The notes under the pieces: generated by a model
What the model was told of the DNA's origin: nothing
The model's input: the letters and a program-made list of their open reading frames with translations, nothing else
The model's database searches: none
Program-made: the position numbers and the translations under genes
Part shown: positions 41,486 to 54,199 of the stretch, in pieces
Position numbering within the stretch: position 1 is the stretch's first letter
Layout: every line of letters starts with the position of its first letter
From: the human T2T-CHM13v2.0 reference genome, Homo sapiens
Strand: one strand, 5' to 3'
Assembly (NCBI RefSeq): GCF_009914755.1
Contig: NC_060931.1
DNA: 64,000 nt

Positions 41486-42705
41486 ACATAATACTGTGTG
41501 TGTGTGTATATATATATATACTGGTTATATACTGGTTTTATATATATATATACACACTATATAGAGAGCATTGTATATATATATACACACTATATATAGA
41601 GAGCATTGTATATATAACTAGTGTATATATATATATACACTATACATAGAGCATTGTATATATAACTAGTGTATATACACATACACACATACATATATAT
41701 ATACATATATACAAACACTCATACACATATATATATAGCTACTTATATATGTGTATATATATACACTTCAAATGTCATGTGAAATATAGATAGCCAAAAA
41801 TGAAGTTTTATGAAGAGACATTATTTGACATAGTGGTTTTTATCACTAATCCAAAAAATATGTCCAGTGCAAATGTGGCAATACAATCTCATTGTCTGAA
41901 CTTTGACATACTACTGTGTGTGTGTGTGTGTGTGTGTATATACGCTAGTTATATATACAATGCTCTATGTATAGTGTATATATATATACACTAGTTATAT
42001 ATACAATGCTCTATAAATATGTATATATATATATACACTGGTTATATACTGCTTTTATATATATATAGGTTATATATACACACACTATATATAGAGCATT
42101 GTATATATAACTAGTGTATATACACATACACACATACATACATACATATATATACATATATACACACACTCATACACATACATATGTAGCTACTTATATA
42201 TGTGTATATATATATATATATATACACTTCAGATGTCACATGAAATATAGATAGCCAAAAATTAAGTTTTATGAAGAGACATTATTTGACATAGTAGTTT
42301 TTATCACTAATCCAAAAAATATGTCCAGTGCAAATGTAGCAATACAATCTCATTGTCTGAACTTTGACGTACTACTGTGTATATATATATATATATACTG
42401 GTTATATACTGGTTTTATATATATATACACTATATATAGAGCATTGTATATATAACTAGTGTATATACACATACACACATACATACATATATTTATACAT
42501 ATATACACACACTCATACACATATATATATAGCTACTTATATATGTGTATATATATATATATACACTTCAAATGTCATGTGAAATATAGATAGCCAAAAA
42601 TGAAGTTTTATGAAGAGACATTATTTGACATAGTGGTTTTTATCACTAATCCAAAAAATATATCCAGTGGAAATGTGGCAATACAATATCATTGTCTGAA
42701 CTTTG
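41486..42705. repeat. Three-unit tandem repeat (about 420/461/339 bp): TA/CA-rich block plus ~140-bp unique core, with an inverted insert in unit 2
   Basis: Core 'cacttca[a/g]atgtca...cattgtctgaactttg' at ~41764, ~42225 and ~42564; units 41486-41905, 41906-42366, 42367-42705. Confidence 0.95.
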
Positions 42706-43535
42706 TATTTCCCAGTGAGTAATATTCACTAAGAGCTTCCAAATAGTGAGGTCAAACCAGTTGCCATAGGGAGATTAGAAGACATCGAAATGTGAGTGTC
42801 ATTATTATTTTCTGATAGAATATTAGAACAGAAAAAATGATCTTGTTAAATAGATAAATTATTTAATTTTCCATATAAGTAACTAAAACCAATATAGTCA
42901 TACTTGCCAAACACTTTTAGAACAAGTTAAGTATATTTTTAAAAATTAAAAATATGTAAGAGCTAAACATTGTACTCCTAAATTAGTAGATTCTCAACAT
43001 CTTTGAGGAATACATTTAGCTTTTTACTTGTGTTTATTCTTTTAAAATAACTGCTGTATTTCAAATTGTTGAGTAAATTTATGAATACAATAAACATCTA
43101 TTTTAATATATCACCATGTCCACACCCTACAAGAGAGAAAATATTGATGTGGTTCAGTAAACACTGGATATACTTAGGACTGTAAATTTCTAGTTGTTTT
43201 TTCTTACATCTAACTTGTCATTTAAAATAAAGTTTGGTTTCATGAATCAAGGAAGACATAAGTCTTTCACTAGAAAATCCTGAAATGTTTCTATATAAAA
43301 ACTTGGTATATTTAATGTTTTTCTTTCCAGTGCACACACTGTAATAACATACCAAATAATTTATAAATAAAATAAAGAAATAAAATGACACTAAAGCTTA
43401 ATAAAGTAATGATGCAAATTAAAATTTAACACCACATCAAGTGCTTCAGCATACAAATAGATACACCATCAAATATACTGCTTTCTTTTGATCAAGACAA
43501 GCAAACTTCAAGAGATTCATGGAAGGGAATGTAGT

Positions 43536-43859
<324 letters not shown>

Positions 43860-43877
43860 TAAAAACTCAATGTGATT

Positions 43878-44212
43878 TATTTTATTTTATTTTATTTTAT
43901 TTTATTTTATTTTTGACACAGGTTCTCACTCTGTCACCTAGACTGGAGTGCAATGGCACGATCACAGCCCACTGCAACCTCTACTTCCTTAGCCCAAGGG
44001 ATCGTCCCACCTCAGCCCCCTAGGTAGCTGGGACTACACTTATGTCCACTGTACCTGGCTAATTTTTTAAATTTTAATCTGTTTTTTGTAGAAACAGGGA
44101 CTCTCTATGTTGCCTAGGCTGATCACAAGCTCCTGGGCTCAAGAAATCCTCCCATCTCAGCCTTCCAAAGTGCTGGGATTATAGGCATGAGATACTGCCA
44201 CTGTGCCAGGCC
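43878..44212 (-). mobile_element. AluJ (tandem with previous)
   Basis: (TTTTA)n tail; J-type 'ctcctgggctcaagaaatcctccc'. Confidence 0.9.
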
Positions 44213-44221
44213 TATGATTAT

Positions 44222-44415
44222 ATTCTAGGCATTTATTTAGGGCCTTGAATATATTAACTCAAAATCTTCATAACGGACTATTATCCCCAGTTTGCATATG
44301 AAGAAAATAAAGTCAACAGAGGATAAGGAACTTGCTCAAAGTGATACAAGTAATAGTTGAACTCAGGTAATCAGCTTTCAGGTAATCAGTCTTTCTATTT
44401 AGGCTGTCCATATAC
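44222..44415 (-). mobile_element. MIR
   Basis: 'tattatccccagtttgcatatgaagaaaataaagtcaacagaggataaggaacttgctcaaagt'. Confidence 0.75.
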
Positions 44416-45873
44416 TGTACATGTACATAAGTAAAAAACAGTGGGAAATTTTATTGTATATTTATTATTATTCAATCTTGCTTAATAGTGATAACTTCAA
44501 GATAAAATTTAAGGATATATAAAGAAATAAATATTATGTAATGTCGGCACCACTTTTGCTTTACCAGCAGCATCTGAATAGAGAAGCTGTGAAGAATTTT
44601 GTAGTCAGACATTCAGCATACTGTTTTATGTATCATGCATTTCTCTTTTCTATTTCTGCTTTGCCTACCTTGGATTCTGTCAGGTCAGTTGAGGCATTTA
44701 AACAATTTCAAAGTATAGTGAACCATAAACTGAATTTCCATAAATATTCTAGATGGAGAACAGGTAAAAATAAAGATGTGTAAAAAATTGAATCTCTACA
44801 GATATCTGAGATGTATGTACTGAAATGATTTAACACACTTGGATTGCCTATGATGAAAAATCATTTTCTAGGAAGAAAAGTATATCATTATGGGCTTATT
44901 CACACTCAGAATTGGGAAGAGTTGTTTCAAGATATGACACATATACTTTACACATCAATTTACATTTGGAAAAACATATGATGTACTTATATTTGTAGGT
45001 CACAGTAAGAAGGAGCCATCAATTTTACAGGTTGAAGTTGCATCTGTAGATATCCAGTGTACATTGTGATCTAATTATATGACGCCTGTAATATAAAAGC
45101 TTTTGTGTAATCATTAGAGTAGATGTGAAATACTTCTCACGTTCCCCCAAAATCTCGAATTATTTACATGGCTCTATCATACCATCCTGTTGATGTTAGA
45201 AAGTATTAAAGTGTTTACTAATGTTGTTAATGAAAATGAAGATGTGATACATGAAGGTACTTGTGACATGGATCATTGTTCTAATGATCAATATCCTTAA
45301 GTTCCTAGATGTTACAGCTCTTACAAAAGAAAATTAGCTAATGCCAATTACAATTTATCAAGGTGTCATTGCTAGCTAGTGTTCTGTAAATGCATTAATG
45401 ATAGCTTACAATGGGTTTGAATGTAAAAGTTCCAAATAGCCAGTTTGGCAATGAGATGCTAATTTAAATGTAAAGTAGTATGCAAATAACTAAGACACAT
45501 GAGGTAGCACTTTGAAAGAAGAAGTTTATATATTATATACAAGTATATATTAAGTATGTAAGTATATATTATGTACAAACATATACATGTAAATATGTAA
45601 GCATGAAAAGTGTATATATAGTCTCTCTATATTCCATACATGTTATCTCTATATATTTTCTCTACATACTCTATATACATATATTTTATATATATATATA
45701 TTTCCATTCGTTATTTTATATCAATTTTTCAGACAGATTTGGTCAGAGAAAGTCAAGTTCTGTAAATTTGAAAGTTTATTCAAAATAAAGATATGTCAGG
45801 ACTGGATATGCATTAAGATAAAACCTAATGTTAAAAAATATTTTTTTCTACAGAATTTCTTAAAAAGCTTTTT

Positions 45874-46183
<310 letters not shown>

Positions 46184-46274
46184 TCATTGCTTTATGAGAC
46201 AAGGCATATAAATCTATGCATTTTTGAAATATTGTCATGAAGTCCACTTAAAAATTATTCTAATAAACAACGCT

Positions 46275-46702
46275 TGATATAGTTTTATAGTTTTGATACT
46301 TGTCCTTACCCAAATCTTCTATTAAAATTTAATCCCCTTGTTGGAGGTGGGGCCTGGTAGGAGGTGAGTGAATCATGGGGCGGATTTCTCATCAATGACT
46401 TAGCACCAGCTCCTTGGTGCTGTCCTTGCCATAGTGAGTGAATTCTTGTGAGATATGGTTGCTTAAAGTGTATGCTACCTCCCATCTCTCTCTCTCTTGC
46501 TCCTGCATTTACCATGTGATGTGCCTGCTACCCCTTTGCTTTCTGCCATGATTGGAAGCTTCCTGAGGACTCTCCAGAAGCAGATGTTGTTATGATTCCT
46601 GTACAGCCTGCTATGATTCCTGTACTGTGAGCCAATTAAACCTCTTTTCTTATAAATTACCCAGTCTCATGTATTCTTTACAGTGAAAGAATAGCCTAAA
46701 AA
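46275..46702 (+). mobile_element. MSTA/MSTB solo LTR
   Basis: 'gttggaggtggggcctggtaggaggtg', 'gagccaattaaacctcttttcttataaattacccagtctc'. Confidence 0.88.
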
Positions 46703-46759
46703 ATTCGACATAACATTTCTGGAAAGGGATAAAGAACATTAAGTTCAATGATAGCTCAG

Positions 46760-47134
46760 TGATATGGTTTGGTTCTGTGTCCCCACCCAAATTTCACCTC
46801 AAATTGTAATCCCTATAATCTCCACGTGTCAAGGGGGGAACCAGATGGAGGTAATTGAATCATCGGGGCAGTTTCCTCCATGCTGTTCTCACAATAGTGA
46901 GTGAATTCTCATGACATCTGATGGTTTTATAAGGGGCTTCTCCCCCTTCCCTTGGCACTTCTTCTTGACGCCTTGTGAAGAAGATGCCTTGCACCCCTTC
47001 ACCTTTCACCATAATTGTAAGTCTCCTGAGGCCTCCCCAGCCATGAGGAACTGTGAGTCAATTAAACCTCTTTCCTTTATAAATTACCAAGTCTCCGGCA
47101 GTTCTTCATAGCAGTATGAAAATGGACTAATACA
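46760..47134 (+). mobile_element. THE1D-like solo LTR
   Basis: tgatatggtttgg start, ggactaataca end; TSD ctcag/ctcgg. Confidence 0.92.
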
Positions 47135-47376
47135 CTCGGATAATTGGTTTTATTTCTCAACGTATCCATATGTTTCCTACTTGGTTTCTCAGTGTTTACA
47201 TAATGCATATAATCAGTTCCCTGATTATATACATTATATACATACATATTATATACATATATTTACACGGAGAATTATACACATATACTCTCAGGAGTTT
47301 GTTTTACCTCAAATTGTTTCTAAATTTTAGTTAGCCTCTGACTTGCTATCAAGTTCTTGATATTAAGAGTAGTCCT

Positions 47377-47678
47377 AGCCTGGAGTGGTGACTCATGGGT
47401 GCAATCTCCACATTTTGGGAAGCCAAAGTAGAAAAATTGTTTAAGGCCAGGAATTCAAGACCTGCCTAGACAATATACCAAGCTCTCATCTCTACAGAAA
47501 AATTTTTAAAAAATTATCCAGGTATGGTGGTGTACACCTGTTGTCCCAGCTACTTGGAGGCTGAGGTGGGAGGATTGCTTGAGACCAGGAGGTCAAGGAT
47601 GCAGTAAACCATGATCATGTCACTGCACTCCAGCCTGGTCAACAGAGCAAAACCCTGTCTCTCTCTCTCTCTTAAAAA
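47377..47678 (+). mobile_element. AluJ
   Basis: 'gaggtgggaggattgcttgag', 'gaggtcaaggatgcagt'; TSD aagagtagtccta / aaaagtagtccta. Confidence 0.9.
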
Positions 47679-47702
47679 AGTAGTCCTAAAACAGATACTT
47701 AT

Positions 47703-48053
47703 TGTGATAGTTAATTTTGTGTGTTAACTTGACTGGAATAAGAAAATGTCTAAATAGCTAGTTAAAGATTATTTCCCAGTGTGTCTGTGAGGGTGTTTTC
47801 AGAAGAGAATGACATTTGAATTATTAGACTGGGTAAAGAAGAGTGTCCTCGCCAATTTGATTAGGTGTCATCCAATCTGTTGAGGGCCTGAATATAACTA
47901 AAAGGCAGAGGAAGGGCAAATTCCCTTTCTCTGTTTCAGTGATACATTCCTCTTTTTCTGCCTTTGGACATAGGAGCTCCCAGTTCTCAGGCCTTTGGAC
48001 TAGGACTAAATGGCACCACTTGCTTTCCCAGTTCTCCAGTTTGAAGATGACAG
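47703..48053 (+). mobile_element. MLT2B 5' LTR (3'-truncated) of an ERVL remnant
   Basis: 'tgtgatagttaattttgtgtgttaacttgactgg', 'catccaatctgttgagggcctgaat'; joined directly to ERVL internal sequence. Confidence 0.85.
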
Positions 48054-49862
48054 AGTCAAAGCATTAAACAGAATAATCTGACTGGAGCAGACCTATGGCA
48101 TTTGTTAGTTAATCATTGTGCTCCTAGAAGTAGGATAGGAACCTATTATATTCTTACTTAGTGTACATAAGCAGAAAGATTCTAGGTCAAGTGAACAAAA
48201 GTCTAACTTGAATAATAAAAACAGATGTCATATACCCTCAATCAATTTCCAGACTTGAGTCAGGTTGCAGACTAAGAACTCCTTGAATGAAGGGGAGGCC
48301 AGATATCCTCAAGAAAGGACTCTGTTACAAAATTTGAAGATTTATACTGTTAATGTTTCTCCCACTCATCCCCAATGGGACCTATGGCTTTTTACCAGGG
48401 CAACTCTTCACTGATGAAAAGGAGATAATCTGCTATTTTGGGGTATTACTTGACACTGGCACTAATCAGACAATCATTCCTGGAAACCCAAAATGTCACT
48501 GTGGCCCTCCAGTCAGAGTAGATGCTTACAGAGATCAGATGATATATTAGTTCATTTTCACAATGCTAAAAAGAACTACCTGAGACTGAGTATTTTATAA
48601 AGAAAAGAGGCTTAATTGATTCACAGTTGTGCAGGCTGTACAGGAGGCATGTTTGAGGGGGCCTCAGAAAACTTACAGTCATGGCAGAAGATGAAGGGGA
48701 TGTAAGCATATCGTCATATGGAGGCAGGAGAGAGCCAGTGAAGGGGGGAAGTGCTACACACTTTCAAACAACCAGATATCATGAGAACACATTCATCATC
48801 ATGAGAACAGCAAGAGAGAAATCCGCCCCCATGATCCAATCACCTCCCACCAGATCATCCCTCCCTCAACATTGGGGATTACAATTCAATATGAGATTTG
48901 AATGGGGACACAGAGCCAAACCATATAAGATGATCAATGGAGTTCTGTCTCAAGCACAATGGGTCCCTGAACACATCCTGTGGTCATTTTTCCAGTCCTA
49001 GATGCACAATTATAATAGACATGCTTAGCAGCTGGTAGAGTCCCCACACTGGCTCCCTGACCAATGACTTACAAAGTGAGGACTGTTATAGTGAGAAAGA
49101 CAAAGTGAAAGCTGCTAGAACTGCTTCCCCCTATAAAAATAATAAGTCAAAAGCAATACCATATTCTTAGAGAGCTTGAGGAGATTAGCACCACCAGCAA
49201 GGAAATAAAAGATGCAGGGGTGTTGATTCCCACCACATGCGCATCATGCTCATTTAACTATCCTATTTGACCAGTCCATAAGACAGATGAATCTTGGAGA
49301 ATGATTGGTTAGCGTAACCTTAACCAAGTAGGGACTGCAATTACTGCTACTGTACCAGATGTGGTTTCATTGCTTGAGAAAATTAACACGTCCCCTGACA
49401 CCTGGTATGCAGCTATTGACCTAGAAGATGCTTTTCTTTACCCTGTTCCATAAAGAACAATAGACGTAGTTTGCTTTCAGCTGTCAAGGCTAAAGATACA
49501 CCTTCATTGTCCTATCTCAGGGGAATATCAACTCTCCATTCCTATGTCATAATTTAGTTCTCAGGGATCTTGATCACCTGTCTCTTCCATAATATATCAC
49601 ACTGATCCATTACCTTGATGAGCTTATGCCAATTGGACTAAGGGAATAAGAAGTAGCAACTACTCTTATTGATAGGACATTTGCATATCAAAGGGTGGGA
49701 AATAAATTCAACTAAAATTCAGGGATCTTCTAACTCAGTGAAATTTTGGAGGTCTTGTGGTGTGAGGTATCACCCTTTTAAGATAAAGGATAAATTTGTT
49801 GCGTCTGGCTCCTTTTACAACCAACAAAGAGGTACAATGCCAAGTGGGATTCTTTTGATTTT
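48054..49862 (+). pseudogene. ERVL internal relic: end of gag, protease and RT (interrupted by MSTA)
   Basis: Protease LLDTG motif in ORF 48353-48550 (FGVLLDTG...PKCHCGPPVRV); RT WYAAIDLEDAF near 49403; degenerate LPQG and YxDD ('cattaccttgatgag'). Confidence 0.88.
48543..48928 (-). mobile_element. MSTA solo LTR inserted in the ERVL protease region
   Basis: 'tatattagttcattttcacaatgct' to 'gccaaaccatataa'; exact 5-bp TSD gatga (48538-48542 / 48929-48933). Confidence 0.92.
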
Positions 49863-50234
49863 TTTTAAATATATATTTTTTCCCATAAGTTATTGGGGTA
49901 CAGGCAGTATTTGGTTACATGAGTGAGTTATTTCTTTCGTGGTGATTTGTGAGATTTTGATGCATCCATCATCCAAGCAGAACACATTGCACCATATTTG
50001 TAGACTTGTATACCCTGTTCCCCTTCTACTCTTCCCTGCAAGTCCCCAAAGTTCATTGTATCATTCTTATGCCTTTGTGTCTTCATAGCTTAGCTCACAC
50101 ATATCAGTGAGAAAATACGATGTTTGGTTTTCCATTCCTGAGTTATTTCACTTTGAATAATAGTCTCCAATCTCATCCATGTCACTGCAAATGCTGTTAA
50201 TTCATTCTTTTTATGGCTGCGTAGTATTCCATTA

Positions 50235-50388
50235 TGTGTGTATGTGTGTATAGTGATATATATATACATATATGTGTATATATATGTGGATATATATACA
50301 TATATACCTATGAACACACTATATCACTATATGGATAATATAATAAAATATACATTCCATTGTATGTGTGTATAGTGAGATATATATA

Positions 50389-50437
<49 letters not shown>
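50235..50437. repeat. (TA)n/(TG)n compound repeat within L1PB1
   Basis: Seen directly; includes a duplicated 'attccatt..tgtgtgtatagtga' segment. Confidence 0.85.
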
Positions 50438-50440
<3 letters not shown>

Positions 50441-51329
50441 ACACTTTCTTTGTCTACTCATTGATTGATGGGCATTTGGGTTGGTTCCACGATTTTGCTA
50501 TTGTGAATTGTGCCCCTATAAACATGCATATGCAAGTATCTTTTTCAGATGATGACTTCTTTTCCTCTGGGTAGATACCCAGTAGTGGGATTGCTGGAAC
50601 AAATGGTAATTCTACTTTTAGTTCTTTAAGGAATCTCCACACTGTTTTCCATAGTGGCTGTACTAGTTTACATTCCCACCAGCGGTGTAGAAGTGTTCCA
50701 TGTTTACCACATCCACGCCAACATCTACTGTTTTTTGATTTTTTTTTTTTTGTGGCCATTCTTGCAGGAGTAAGGTGGTATCACATTGTGGTTTTGATTT
50801 ACATTTCTCTGATCATTAGTTATGTTGAGCATTTTTTCATATGTTTGTTGGTCATTTATACATTTTCTTTTGAGAATTGTCTATTCATTTCCTTAGCCCA
50901 CTTTTTGATAGGATTTTTGTTTTGTTCTAACTGATTTGTTTGAGTTCATTGTAGATTCTGGATATTAGTCCTTTGCCAGATGTATAGATTGTGAAGATTT
51001 TCTCCCACTCTGTGGGTTGTCTGTTTATTCTGCTGACTGTTCCTTTTGCCATGCAAAAGCTCTTTAGTTTAATTAGACCTCAGCTATTGATCTTTGTTTT
51101 ATTGCATTTGCTTTTGGGTTCTTGGTCCTGAAATCCTTGCCTAAGCCAATATCTAGAAGGGTTTTTCCAATGTTATCTTCTAGAAATTTTACAGTTTCAC
51201 GTCTTAGGTTTAAGTCTTTAACCCATCTTGAGTTGATTTTTGTATAAGGTGAGAGATGAGGATCCAGTTTTATTCTCCTACATGTGGCTAGCCAATTATC
51301 CCAGCACCATTTGTTGAAAAGGGTGTCCT

Positions 51330-52649
51330 CAAACAAATGGAAGAATATTCCATGCTCATGGATGGGAAGAATCAATATTGTGAAAATGATTCCCTATTTA
51401 ATAAATGGTGCTGGGAAAACTGGCTAGCCATATGTAGAAAGCTGAAACTGGATCCCTTCCTTATACCTTATACAAAAATTAATTCAAGATGGATTAAAGA
51501 CTTAAATCTCAGACCTAAAGCCATAAAAACCCTAGAAGAAAACCTAGGCAATACCATTCAGGACATAGGCATGGGCAAGGACTTCATATCTAAAACACCA
51601 AAAGCAATGGCAACAAAAGCCAAAATTGACAAATGGGATCTAATTAAATTAAAGAGCTTCTGCACAGCAAAAGAAACTACCATCAGAGTGAACAGGCAAC
51701 CTACAGAATGGGAGAAAATTTTTGCGATCTACTCATCTGACAAAGGGCTAATATCCAGAATCTACAAAGAACTCAAACAAATTTACAAGAAAAAAACAAA
51801 CAACCCCATCAAAAAGTGGGTGAAGGATATGAACAGACACTTCTCAAAAGAAGACATTTATGCAGCCGACAGACACATGGAAAAGTGCTCATCATCACTG
51901 GCCATCAGAGAAATGCAAATCAAAAGCACAATGAGATACCATCTCACACCAGTTAGAATGGTGATCATTAAAAAGTCAGGAAACAACAGGTGCTGGGGAG
52001 GATGTGGAGAAATAGGAACACTTTTACACTGTTGGTGGAACTGTAAACTAGTTCAACCATTGTGGAAGACAGTGTGGCGATTCCTCAGGGATCCAGAATG
52101 AGAAATACCATTTGACCCAGCTATCCCATTACTGGGTATAAACCCAAAGGATTATAAATCATGCTGCTATAAAGACACATGCACGTGTATGTTTATTGCA
52201 GCACTATTCACAATAGCAAAGACTTGGAACCAACCCAAATGCCCATCAATGATAGACTGGATTAAAAAAATGTGGCACATATACACCATGGAATACTATG
52301 CAGCCATAAAAAAGGATGAGTTTATGTCCTTTGTAGGGACATGGATGAAGCTGGAAACCATCATTCTGAGCAAACTATTGCAAGGACAGAAAACCAAACA
52401 CTGCATGTTCTCACTCATAGGTGGGAATTGGACAATGAGAACACATGGACACAGGAAGGGGGACATCACACACCGGGGCCTGTCGTGTGGTGGGGGGGAG
52501 GGGGGAGGGATAGCATTTGGAGATATACCTAATGTAAATGATGAGTTAATGGGTGCAGCACAGCAACATGGCACATGTATACATATGTAACAAACCTGCA
52601 CGTTGTGCATATGTACCCTAGAACTTAAAGTATAATTAAAAAAAAAAAA
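51330..52649 (+). mobile_element. 5'-truncated L1PA (L1PA5-like) inserted antisense in L1PB1, with an internal discontinuity at 51388
   Basis: 14-bp TSD gaaaagggtgtcct (51316-51329 / 52650-52663); ORF2 C-terminal ORFs 51337-52101 and 52189-52590; 3'UTR 'gtaaatgatgagttaatggg...ccctagaacttaaagtataat' and polyA. Confidence 0.95.
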
Positions 52650-53891
52650 GAAAAGGGTGTCCTTTCCCCACTTTATGCTTTTGTTTGCTTTGTAGAAGAT
52701 CAGTTGGCTGTAAGTTTTTGGGTTTATTTCTGGGTTCTGTATTCTGTTCCATTGGTCTACGTGCCCATTTTTATACCAGTACCACACTGCTTTGGTGAGC
52801 ATGGCTTTCTAGTATACTTTGAAATCAGGTAGTGTGACGTCCCCAGATTTGATCTTTTTGCTTAGTCTTGCTATGGGTATGCAGGCTCTTTTTTGGTTCC
52901 ATATGAATTTTATAATTGTTTTTTTCTAATTCGATGAAGAATGATGTTGGTATTTTGATGGGGATTGTGTTGAATTTGTAGATTGCTTTTGGCAGTATGG
53001 TCATTTTCAGTATATTAATTCTACCCAATCCATGAGCATGGAATGTGTTTCCATTTGTTTGTGACATCTGTGATTCCTTTCAGCAGTGCTTTGTAGTTTT
53101 CCTTGTAGAGGCCTTTCGACTCCTTGGTTAGGTATATTCCTAAGTGGTTTTTTTGTTTGTTTGTTTTGTTTGTTTTGTTTTTGTTTTTTGCAGCTGTTGT
53201 AAAAGGGGTTGCGTTCTTCATTTGATTCTCAGTTTGGTTGCTTTTGGTGTATAGAAGAGCTACTGATTTGTGTACATTAATCTTGTATCTGGAAACTTTG
53301 CTGAATTCTTTTATCAGTTCTAGGAGATTTCTGGAGGAGTCCTTAGGGTTTTCAAGGTAAACGATCATATTGTCAGCAAACAGTAACAATTTGACTTCCT
53401 CTTTACCAATTTGGGTGCCTCTTATTTCTTTCTATTGTCTGATTGCTCTGGCTAGGACTTCCAGTACTATGTTGAAGAGGAGTGGTGAGAGTGGGCATCC
53501 TTGTCTTGTTCCATTTCTGAGAGGGAATGCTTTCAACTTTTCCCCATTCAGTATTCCGATGGCTATTGGTTTGTCATAGATGGCTTTTATAACAAAAAGT
53601 TATGTCCCTTGTATGCCTATTTTATGAGAGTTTTAATCATAAAGAAATGCTGAATTTTGTCGAATGCTTTATCTGCACCTATTGAGATGATCATGTGATT
53701 TTTGTGTTTAATTCTGTTTATGTGGTGTATTACATTTATTGACTTGCATATGCTAAACATTCCCTGCATCACTGATATGAAACCCACTTGATCATGGTAG
53801 ATTATCTTTTTGATATATTGTTGGATTCAGTTAGCTAGTATTTTGTTAAGGATTTTAGCATTTATGTTCATCAAGGATATCAGTCTGTAGT

Positions 53892-53923
<32 letters not shown>

Positions 53924-54085
53924 GGTATTAGGGTGATGCTGGCTTCATAAAATGAATTAGGGTGGGTTCCGTCTTTCTCTGTCTTGTGGAATAGTGTCAA
54001 AAGGATTGGTACCAATTCTTCTTTGAATGTCTGGTATAATTCTGCTGTGAATCATCTGGTCCTGGACTTTATTTTTTGGTAATTT

Positions 54086-54199
54086 ATATATATATATATA
54101 TTTTTCATTATACTTTAAGTTCTAGGGTACATGTGCACAACGTGCAGGTTTGTTACATATGTGTATACATGTGCCATGTTGGTGTGCTGCACCCATTAA
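54086..54199 (-). mobile_element. Tiny L1PA4/5 3'-end insertion within L1PB1
   Basis: 'ttatactttaagttctagggtacatgtgcacaacgtgcagg...gctgcacccattaa' interrupts host ORF2; no TSD seen. Confidence 0.85.

Noticed and set aside
41486-42705. Repeat-spacer pattern resembling a CRISPR array
   Set aside because: Primate DNA, ~140-bp repeats, 'spacers' are homologous microsatellite mosaics, and there are no cas genes.
44363-44390. Short tandem duplications here and near 5412-5460, 11004-11058, 40833-40857, 46591-46625
   Set aside because: Ordinary slippage-type duplications with no further structure.
48353-48550. Intact retroviral protease or domesticated gene
   Set aside because: The LLDTG motif is present, but the frame is cut by the MSTA insertion and surrounding pol has many stops and frameshifts.
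51337-52101. 254-aa ORF, the longest in the window
   Set aside because: It is the C-terminal part of L1 ORF2p in a 5'-truncated insertion with a premature stop and a junction-derived start; not a host gene.
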